Source: Rhizophagus irregularis (lineage: Eukaryota). From it: 64,000 nt of DNA. Position numbers and translations under genes: made by a program. The notes under the pieces were generated by a model. The model ran no database searches, was not told the origin of the DNA, and saw nothing but the letters and a program-made list of their open reading frames with translations. Numbering within the stretch: position 1 is the first letter of the stretch; every line of letters starts with the position of its first letter. Of this stretch, positions 38,452-48,839 are shown piece after piece. The stretch is taken from NCBI RefSeq assembly GCF_026210795.1, contig NC_089434.1, forward strand, positions 3,100,001 through 3,164,000. Reading direction: 5' to 3'.

Positions 38452-38806
38452 CTATTCGGGTATTTTGGCTGTTTTCCCAGTTTTTTTGATGGCTTCAATT
38501 ATCTCGTTAGGTGATTTAGCAGTTTTAACCACTACAGTCTTTTTTTCGAGATCGAAGTCGATTGATTCCATCCCTTCCCAAAAAATATAAACAAATTAAC
38601 TAAGTGAAAATATAAAAAATTATCAAATAATAAGTACCTCCGAGATTATTTAACGCTTTTTCAACAGCTTTTGTACATCCTGAACAAGTCATTGGTTCAA
38701 CCTCGAACGTATAGGTTGTTTGCTATGTCGAAAAGAAATAAAAGGATTAGAATATGTAAGAACTAAATATATTTACAAAAAAAATAAAATATACATTTTC
38801 GCTCAT
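38452..38806 (-). CDS. ATX1: Copper chaperone Atx1 (HMA domain), three exons; absent from the ORF track
   Basis: Spliced translation MSEN|QTTYTFEVEPMTCSGCTKAVEKALNNLG|...IIEAIKKTGKTAKIPE*, with MxCxxC and KTGK motifs. Confidence 0.9.
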
Positions 38807-38940
38807 TTTAAGAGTTTTCTGATTGAAAAGTAATAAACGTATCTTACGTGTTTTTGGACGATCATTTAGCAGTAGGTCTATATAATAGGGCAATAACAGC
38901 TGATATATCGTTACACAACCGACTTGACCGAAATTTTATA

Positions 38941-39782
38941 CAGTTGGCTCGCGTTATAACGAATTTGCTGATCTGACCTTCGTTATGGAAAAATTCGGTA
39001 ACGGATTTTTTGACATCCATATAGCAAAATTCGGAATATTGATTGTATACCGAATTTTTATTAAATATTTTAAAGTAAATTTATGTAAATAAATGTAAAT
39101 TATAGTATATTTATATTATTTATTATTAAGATATTAATAAATCATTAAAATTCGTTTGTCTCGCAGAAATAAAACGTTGTTTTAATGCCTCCTCCTTAAG
39201 TTTTTTAATGCATCTTAATTCTTTTTTCATATCGAATTTATCCTCTTATTGCTCTAAATACAAAATCATCTTATCTGTTATCATAATGTTCAATGGCCTC
39301 GCTATGAGTAATGGATGGTAAAGGATTAGAATTTAGTTCTTCTACCTCTTGTTCATGATTATTGGGAAGAACTACTTTCAAAATTTCTTCACTGGATATC
39401 ATTTCTGTTATAAGTTCAGATTCATCCCATTGAATAAATTCATCAGCAGTTAAAGGATTTTCAAGATTAAGTTTATCAATTAAATGAACTTCTTTCAGCT
39501 CATTCGTATGTGTTAGAAGAACTTGTGTTTCAGCACAGAAATCCATATCAATTTCATTTTCATTATCTTTAGGTAAAATATCTGCTTTTAACCAGCAATT
39601 TTCAATAGTAGATTGAGTGACATTATCCCATGCATGTATGACATATTTGATGCACTTTTTGATATTAATTTCAACAGGGTTAATGCCAAATTCACAATAA
39701 TAATTTTCAGTATTGTACCTGAAATAAAAATTAAATTTTTTATAGTTAATAAAATTTTTTCATTGAGAAAGTTCATTTTCAA
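38941..39782 (-). mobile_element. Truncated pogo/Tigger-type (DDE_1) transposon remnant
   Basis: ta|cagttggctcgcgttataacgaa terminus at 38941; minus-strand relic IKKCIKYVIHAWDNVTQSTIENCWLKADIL followed by an acidic tail (ORF 39271..39546). Confidence 0.75.
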
Positions 39783-40389
39783 GTTTTTGCTAAAGTATTC
39801 TTTTTCTAATTAAATTAGAAATAATGTATAAATAAAACTAAGCAAACGCATAAAGTATCAACACGTAATAATGAACCTCCATGTTGAAAATGTTTAATAT
39901 AAGTTTCTTTAAAATGACAAAAATTCTAAATGATTATTAGTTGTAGGAATATTAATATTTATATTTAAAATACAAGCTGCTCCTTGATGACCAATTAATG
40001 ACTATGCATGAATTAAATTTCCACACCGACATGATATTAAATATTTTAAAAACTGAATAGCTCCTTCAAGTAAAGCACATATTTGATTATTTTTTGCAGC
40101 ATTCAATTGAACCTGTATTAATAAATTCAGTATAAATTAAATAAATTTATTAAGTTATCATTATAGTAATTAATAATATCTGAAAAACATTTTGCAAATT
40201 TTGTATAGTTAATTTAATTCCATTAATACTATCTATATTTTTAATTTGTATTAAAACTCCTTTAATACATATGGGCTGATTTGTTTTTTTTGTTTTTTTG
40301 TTTTTTTTATTAGCAATAAATGTTAAAGATCAATACATATGGGAAGTCTAATGACTTATACATAGGAAGGCAGGCAATATGGTTAGAGC

Positions 40390-40633
40390 TAAGGTTGCTT
40401 GCCGAAACCTAGGGGTTTAGGCAAGATGGCGTTTCGCCGAAAAGCGAAATTCTGCCGAAACTATATTAAAGTTATATTAAAAAACTGGCGAAACTTTGGA
40501 GAAAGGTGAAACTGCCGAAACTTATTATAAATGCCGAAACTGCTGAAACTCTGCCAAAACTATAATAAATCTATAGTAAAATTTTGACGAAACTAATCGT
40601 AGGATTTTGAAGAGGTTAAGACAAGCAACCTTA
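40390..40633. mobile_element. hAT-type MITE with 8-bp TSD (gttagagc), inserted across the left TIR of a larger element
   Basis: taaggttgcttg...caagcaacctta; gttagagc at 40382-40389 and 40634-40641; internal gccgaaac repeats. Confidence 0.9.
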
Positions 40634-41159
40634 GTTAGAGCTCTGATCGGTTTTGGTAACTACTGAACCGTACTGATCGGTTTCGATATCAGAACGGTTT
40701 CAGTATTCTGATTTACTGAACCGAACCTTTCAGTAAATTTACCGATCGGTTTCGGTAATTTCAGTTTTGGTATCAGTTTTGCGATTTACTGAACCGATTT
40801 ACCGAACTGAAACTTTTGGTAAGTTTTGGTAAATTTTACCGATCAGTTTGGTAAATTTTACCGATCAGTTCAGTAGATTTTACCGTTCAGTTCATTAGAT
40901 TTTACCGTTCAGTTTGGTAGATTTTACCATTCAGTTTCGGTAAATTTACTGAACTGATTTACTGAATTTTGCGAAACATTTATTAGTTAAAAAAAGTTGC
41001 GCAACGTTTTTTCTTTTGATGATTTTATAAAAACGTTGCGAAACATTTTTTATTTGGCAATTTGGTAAAAAAAGTTTCGCAAGCTAGGGCCGGGAGAAAC
41101 TCAATCATACCAATAAGGATGACTGTAGTATTGCGGCAAAAATCATAAAAAATAAAAGC

Positions 41160-42360
41160 GTTAAACTTGACGTTTTTATAATTTTTTTATTTAATTAATT
41201 AAAAACGTTGAACTTCGCGCTTTTTGATTAAAAAAAAAAATTAAATGTTTTGGTTAAAAAATGCCGCACTTGACATTTTTTAACTAATTTTATTAAAAAA
41301 ACGTCAAAGTGCGACGTTTTTAATAAAAAAATTTTTTTTTATTTTTTAGTTTAAAAACGTCGCACTTGACGTTTTTTAACTAAGTTAATTTATTTTTTAT
41401 TAAAAAAATGTTAAAATGCGACGTTTTTAATAAAAAATTATTTTTTTTTTTATTTTTTAGTTTAAAAATGTCACACTTAACGTTTTTTAATTAAGTTAAT
41501 TTATTTTTATTAAAAAAACGTCAAAGTGTGCCATTTTTAATAAAAAATTATTTTTTTTTATTTTTTAGTTTAAAAACGTCAAAGTGTGACATTTTTTAAC
41601 TAAGTTTAATTTATTTTTTATTAAAAGGACGTCAAAATGCGGCGTTTTTAATAAAAAAAATATTTTTTTTTTGATTTTAGTTTAAAAATGTCGCACTTAA
41701 CGTTTTTTAACTAATTTAATTTATTTTTATTAAAAAACGTCAAAGTGCGACGTTTTTAATAAAAAATTATTTTTTTTTTTATTTTTTAGTTTAAAAACGT
41801 CACACTTGACATTTTTTAACTAAGTTAATTTATTTTTTATTAAAAAAACGTTAGAATGTGGCGTTTTTAATAAAAAATATAAATTTTTTATGATTTTAGT
41901 TTAAAAACGTCGCACTTGATGTTTTTTAACTAATTTAATTTATTTTTTATTAAAAAACGTTAAAGTGTGATGTTTTTAATAAAAAAATACAATTTTTTTT
42001 ATTTTTTAGTTTAAAAACGTTACACTTGACGTTTTATAACTAATGTAATTTATTTTTTATTAAAAAACGTTGCATTTGACATTTTTTTAATTTAATTTAA
42101 TTTATTTTTTATTAAAAAACGTCAAAGTGCGACGTTTTTAATAAAAAAATACAATTTTTTTTTTGATTTTTTAGTTTAAAAATGTCGCACTTGGTGTTTT
42201 TTAACTAATTTTTTTTTATTAAAAAAACGTTAAAGTGCGACGTTTTTAATAAAAAATACATTTTTTTTTTGATTTTTTAGTTTAAAAACGTCGCACTTGG
42301 CATTTTTTAACTAATTAATTTTTTTTCTTATTAAAAAACGTCAAAGTATGACATTTTTTC
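41160..42360. repeat. Tandem array of ~120-bp units built from inverted aaaacgtcaaagtgcgacgtttt / aaaacgtcgcacttgacgtttt motifs
   Basis: Directly visible; lies upstream of the transposase. Confidence 0.9.
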
Positions 42361-42598
42361 TTTTCTTTTAACAATATTAGTAATAAATTCTTTTTTTTTT
42401 AATCATCATTCTTCTCGCCACAAATCACATGATTGCAAAATCGCACAATCAATATTACAGAATTGAGTATTCTGATTTAATTACCGAATTTTTGCAGATT
42501 GATCTTATCAATTTTAATCTTTTTTTACATTTTTTTCATTTTTTTTCATTTCTAATATTAATTATATTATAATAATAATAATAACTTTAATTACAATA

Positions 42599-45476
42599 AT
42601 GACTTTTGAGTTCAAAGAAAATGACATTGAGAAAACAGCTGAGGAAGAAGCTGAGGAAGAGGCTGAGTATGAGACTGAGGAAAAAGCTGCCGAGAAAGAG
42701 GCTGAAGAAGAGGCTGAGTATGAGACTGAGGAAGAGGCTGAGTATGAGAATGAGGAAGAGGCTGAGTTTGAGACTGAAGAAAATCAAGTTGATGATACTG
42801 AAACTGAGGAACAGCAGATAGAAAAAAATATTGAGCGTGAAGTAGAACAAGAAGAAACTAATACGAAGAAATGTAGTTGGGTGTAGAAGCACTTCACATA
42901 TGATGAAACTGTGAAGAAGGCAAAATGCAAGCATTGTAAGATTTTAATTGCTTGCAATAAAGGAAGTACGTCGGGAATGGCTGGTCATATTAAAAGTAAA
43001 CATAAATTAATGAAAGAAAAAGAAAAAAAACAACTTACAATACGTGAATCTATTAATAATTCTGAAGTAATTGTAAGTATAATGTTTATTTCTTTTTATT
43101 CATGTAGGTTATAATTTTGTGCATTAAATATGAATATTTTAATTTTTAATTTATAAACTCATATATTCATATTTAGGTATATAGTAAAGAACCTTTTAAA
43201 AAATTTATTATTTGATGGATTGTAAAAAATGACCTTCCTTTTACTTGTGTTGAATCTAAAGATTTTTGTAATATGATTTCTCTTTTACGTAAAGATGCCT
43301 TCATTCCATCTGCTGATACAATCAAAAATTATATTATGACATCTTTTAATGATAATCAAAAAAAAGTTGCTTCTATTTTACAGGTTATATATATTAATGT
43401 TTTTTAATAATAGTTTTATTTGAATTTTACTAATTATTATTTTAATTTTTGTAGAATACGTCTAGTAAAATTTCTTTTATGATTGATGCATGGACTTTAT
43501 CAAACAATTTTTCTTTTTTAGGAATAACAGCTCATTGGGTTACAGAAAATTAGAAATTAAAAAGTTTCCTTTTAGATTTTATTAAACTTGAAGGGCCGCA
43601 CTCAAGTGCCAATATCAAAGATGCTTTTTTAAAAAGCTTAAAAAATTTTAATATTGAATCAAAGGTTAGTTTTTTTTATAAATAGTAAAATAATTTTAAT
43701 AAAAATTAAAAAAAAATTTATATAGATTATTTTAATAAAAATTAAAAAAAATTTTATATGCATTCTTGGGCAAAATAACGACTGATAATGCCAGCAACAA
43801 TATTACATTTCTCAAAGCTGTTGAATCTGATCTTTCTCAAAGATATATCTATTATGATAGTGATGATAAGCACATTCGTTGCTTGGCCCATGTAATCAAT
43901 CTAGCAGCGCAACAAGTCCTTACTACCCTTAAAGCCACAGATAATAATGAATCATCAAATGAAGAAGTTGGTAGTTTGATAGTTAAGGTAAATAATTTTA
44001 TTATATTATTATTATTAAAATTTAATTAATAAATCTATTAAAAATTGTATTGCCTTTTAGCTTCATACTCTTATTAAAAAAATAAAAGCATCACTCCAAC
44101 AAGTAGATAAATTCAAAGCTCAATGTAAAGTTGCAAATGTTCCAAATCTAAATGTCATACTAGATATTCGCACTAGATGGAACTCTACGTATGATATGCT
44201 TGTAAGGGCAAGAAACTTAAGGAAGTAAGTTTGTTATTTTATTAATTTTTATTTTAATTAATTTATTAAAAACAATTATAATTTTATTTTATTTTTGCTT
44301 AATATATTAAGTAACAGTGATTCAAATCTTCGTCCTTTTACAATTAATAAAGATGAATGGATTAATTTATTAGAAATAGAAGAGTTATTGAAGATTAAAT
44401 TTTAATATTATATATATAATTATGTATTTTTATAGTTTTATTAAAAATTTTTATTTTTTAGTATTTTGCTAAAGCAACAAAGCAAATTTGTAGGGAAGCA
44501 TACCCAATACTATCATACGTGATTCCTATATACAATATTTTGTTAAATAAATTAGAGAATTTTTGGGATACTCCAAATAGATTTGAAAATGGAAAAGTAA
44601 GTTTATTTATATTTAATATTTATATTAAATGTAATTAAATTCCTTTTTTTTAATAGGAAGCGGCAATTAATGCCATTAATAAGCTTAAAATTTACTACAA
44701 TAAAACTGATTCAACTTTATATGCAGTTTCTTTAAGTAAGTTATTATTAAGTTAATTTAATTTAATTAATTTTAATAATGTTTGTAATATATATAGTTTT
44801 AGATCCACATCTTAAAGTAGAATATATGAAAGATAATGAATGGGAAATCCAATGGGTTGATAGAACAAAAAAAACTGTATGAGTTTTATTTGTTTTATTT
44901 AAATTATATTATAATTTTCTTTATTTTATACATACTATATAATAATTTAATAGGTATCTGAACTCTATATGACGTTATATGCACCTCAAGAAACTCAAAA
45001 TACTAATATAGAATATAATTCATCAGATAAAGATCTTGTTTCACATATTTCCAAATGGCGCCATATTGAATCTGTAAGTGAATTTGATCGTTATCTTAAT
45101 GCTGATCGAGCACAAGCTCTGTGTGATACTTTAAATTGGTGGAAAGTAAGTTTATTATTTTAAAGGATATTTATTTAATTAAATATTTGTAACAATTTTT
45201 TAATTAATAGCGACATGAGGAAGAATATTCTAACTTATCGAACATGGCCAAGGACTACCTTGGGGTTTCAGGTTTATTACTAATCTGTTTTATTTATTAT
45301 TCAATAATATTTTTTAATGTAAAAATATTTTATTTGGTAGCAACGAGTGCTTTTGCTAAACGTATTTTTTCCAGTGCAGCTGACGTAATAACATATGATA
45401 GAGCAAGTCTTGCACCCGAAACTGTGCGTGCAGTCATGTGTCTGAAGCATTAGTTTCGTTCAGGTGTTTTAGATTA
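42599..45476 (+). pseudogene. Intron-containing hAT (BED-finger) transposase pseudogene
   Basis: CKHC...HIKSKH BED finger; DAW; ITAHW; TTDNASNN; RCLAHVINL; TRWNSTYDML; LDP; LNWWK; MAKDYL..ATS..RIFS dimerisation domain; stops at 42884, 43213, 43551, 45451. Confidence 0.92.
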
Positions 45477-46289
45477 AATTTAGGTTTATTAGTTTTTCAT
45501 ATTTGAATTTTGTTATTTGAAGTTAGTTATTTGGATGGAGAAGAATTGGATACTCAGGAAAACTTTGGATGAATAATTTACATCAAAAGAAGATGATTGA
45601 TATAATTTCTTACGATAACCTCACTTCTTTATAACATAATGTTGAAAATGTATGGAAAATGTGTGCTGATAGCTTTTAATTTTGACAAATAAAATTGTTA
45701 AACCCGATCCAATTCAATCAAAGTCTTACGAAAATGCTTTTTCATAACCAATTTAATAAAAAAATGGATCGTTGATGTTTTTTTAAAAAAACATCGCAAA
45801 ACTGTGTTTGTTTCGCAACGTTATTTTTTGAAATAAAAACATTTTTTATTAGTTACACTGGTCAAATAATAAAGTATCAGGTAATAACATATCAGGGCAT
45901 GATATGCAATATTAAACAATATGTTTAATGGTTTAGTTTATTTGCTTATTTGCGTACAATATTTATCGATTTTTATTTTAGGTATTGTACGGTATTGTAT
46001 TTATATTGGTTAACGTCATGAAATATTACATGATCGAAGTTTCTCTTAAAAAAAAAAGAAAATAAAATTTTTTTTTCATTTTGAAAAAAAGTATTTTTTC
46101 ATTTTTTCAGTTACCGCAGAAATCGTTTCAGGTAGATTACTGCAGAATTGATGTCTCCTTTTCTCCTTTTCTGAAAAGGAGATTACTTTAGTCATACTAT
46201 ATAGATTTTAGTAGAACTTTCGAATGGGAAAATTTTGCAACATTAGTATGTTCCTTATTCTGATGATGTTTATCAAGAAGGGAGTTTTA

Positions 46290-46680
46290 GAAATAAACTT
46301 CAAGAAACGAACTAACGTTTCTTTTTTTAAATTTATAAGATTTAGCTTTTCTGGAGAGGACTTTTAGACGGTAAGTTTGTTTTTTGGGAGTTGAGTTTTG
46401 AAATTAACTTCAAGAAACGTACTAACGTTTCTTTTTTTTAAATTTTGTAGGTTTTAGCTTTTCCGAAAAGAACTTTTGGATGGTAAGTTTGTTTTTTGGG
46501 AGTTGAGTTTTAAATTTGACTTCAAGAAACGTACTAACGTTTCTTTTTTTAAATTTTGTAGGTTTTAGCTTTTCTGGAGGGGACTTTCAGATGGTAAGCT
46601 AGTTCTTTGGGACTCGATATACTGTTTTTAGGGTTTCAGAATTGAATTTAACGTTTCTTTTTTTCCAATTTTATAGGTTT
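46290..46680 (+). repeat. Three ~111-bp tandem units, each a ~32-nt exon-like segment plus an ~80-nt intron with consensus splice signals
   Basis: GTAAG donors at 46371, 46483, 46594; TACTAAC at 46420 and 46532; acceptors ending 46450, 46561, 46676. Confidence 0.8.
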
Positions 46681-46739
46681 TATCATCAGAAACACCTTTA
46701 AGATATGGCTCAAATTTTTATTGTAATTCAAGCCGACGA

Positions 46740-47060
46740 CAACAATTTCAATCTTCATTTCATGGACTTAATATTCCTAAGTTTCAACGGACTGTACAGC
46801 GTCATTTTTCCTCACAAAAACAATGGATGCGATACCTTTTGAGCGATCACTTTGATCAAAGTTAAGGTTAACTTGATGTACAGACTGATCATCATTGAGG
46901 AAATTTCCAAAGATTTGCTTCTGTGACTTTATAGGCGAGGTATGAAACAAGAATTTTCCTTTTGGTGATGCGTTGAGATTTAGTGGCGCCATAGCAGCAG
47001 TATTACTGTAAGGGTGAAGTCTAACTTGTGAAAATTGAGAATTTCTGACATGGCTGCTGC
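46740..47060 (-). pseudogene. Decayed fragment of a YRA1/Mlo3/ALYREF-type mRNA export factor RRM
   Basis: Two frames give KILVSYLAYKVTEANLW (RNP2-like) and VNLNFDQSDRSKGIASIVFVRKNDAV...MKIEIVV, with upstream RLHPYS; frameshift and stops present. Confidence 0.7.
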
Positions 47061-48370
47061 TTAGCGATCCTCTTGATGGCCTTTAGAGTATGAACTTGAA
47101 ACTGAAGTTTAAATAATGAGAAACAGGTGTAAGAAAATAACCACACGGTATATGAAGAAAATTGTAAATTATTCAATTGAAATAATCTACTAAGAAATAA
47201 AGATTCTTATGGGTCTCTGGAACGAAATTCTGGATGGTAAGTTGTTTTATTTGAGGTGGAGATGCCATTGGCTTTTAAAACATATTGACGTTTCTTTTAT
47301 ATTGCTTTTGTAGGTTTACGGTTATTTTGATGTAGCTGCATATTATTATTCATAATAATTATATAGTACATTATTAATATTATAAATACACAATTACTGC
47401 ATTTAACTGTGAAATCTCATGAAATTCACGATGTCTAAACCATGTACTGTATAGATGATCGCTAGTCAGGAATTTGTACGAACTAGAAATAAAAAATTAT
47501 ACATGTACTGCTGTAAATAATAAATATTTCGTTCCAATAGAATGAATGACAATAAACAAATGGTTATATTAATTACAAAACGTTTTTTTAAAAAAAGCTC
47601 AGTAAATCGGTTCGGTTTTTGGTAATTACCAATACCAATCAATTCGGTTCGATATCAGTTTTTGCAAAAACTGAACCGAACCGAACCGATCGGAGCCTTA
47701 ATTAGTATAAATATTTAATAATATTTTTGCAATTATATGTATTTCTTGTACACTATTTTGTATTTTTATTTGCAATTTGTTCAGGTAAAAGCTTATAATT
47801 TTTTAAAAATTCTCTAACTTCACTTTGCTATTCATTTGTCTATTCTATTATAATTACCTCTTCATTATTAATTGCAGATTGTAACAAAACCTTTTGATTA
47901 TCTTTTAATAATAAAAGATGAGAATTTACTTTTCTTTTACATTTCTAAAATAAAGGATAAAAAGAATATTAATATACTAACTTAATAAATATTGTAATTT
48001 AATATGTTTTTTTGCCAAAGTATACATGAAAAAAAGTATAAATATAATAATAAGTTCATTACTATAAAAATTTCAAATAAAAATTACTTGTAATATGACT
48101 CTAATTCACAAAATTTTACATGACAATTTTTTAACATTAGAAAAGTAGGTAGCATAACAAATAACAAAAAATATTGACTCATCATATAATTAAAATAGCA
48201 TATGACCTAAAATTAATATTATTTATTTTTAGAAGCAGAGGTAGGATAACTGCTTAGAAATGAATCAGGTTTTAAAAAGTCTTAATTAATAAAGTATTAA
48301 TATATAATTACTACTAGTATTGTAATAATTATAATTATTGTTAATTATATAAATATGTATTATAATATAA

Positions 48371-48816
48371 TAGGACTGGGAAAACTTATAATAAAGGTCA
48401 CTGGATAATAGTAAAATGATGGTTTTGCCCAAATTAATAAAAATTTTTCTTAAGTAATTAAACTAAAAATCTAACAAATATTATACAAAAATGTCTGAAA
48501 AATAAAATGAATCATAAATTATTCTTTTAATATCAATATTAACTGAGATCATTAAATTTTTCAAAAAAAAATTTATAATAACGCAAATCACTTTTTAAAA
48601 AATTTATTAATTATGCGAACTACCTTTTTGCATTATACAGAATATATAAAAATCTAAATTGAGTGTATAAATCATACATTTAATTCTAAACTTAAACAGA
48701 TAAGTTTAATCCACATATTTTGGCTTTATTAAAAATTGTATATATAAAAAATTCAATGGACTTTACTAGTGTGCTGAGTACTACAGTAACCTCCATTATA
48801 GGTTTTTCTGATCCTA
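48371..48816. mobile_element. MITE with TAGGAC...ATCCTA termini and 6-bp TSD (atataa)
   Basis: taggactgggaaaacttataat / attataggtttttctgatccta; atataa at 48365-48370 and 48817-48822. Confidence 0.75.
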
Positions 48817-48839
48817 ATATAATATATATATATCATATT

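Larger units (their letters stand above)
40384..47700. mobile_element. Large hAT-type composite element (possibly nested) with dead transposase and cargo
   Basis: Imperfect TIR tagagctctgatcggt / accgatcggagcctta; accga/tcggt subterminal repeats at both ends; no clean TSD. Confidence 0.7.

Noticed and set aside
42587..42934. Hydrophobic minus-strand ORF and Lys/Arg-rich ORF 42606..42821
   Set aside because: Alternative readings of the acidic repeat in the transposase 5' region.
41085..45712. Separate nested hAT element starting tagggccggg at 41085 that would own the transposase
   Set aside because: Plausible, but no convincing right TIR or TSD was found, so boundaries are not called.
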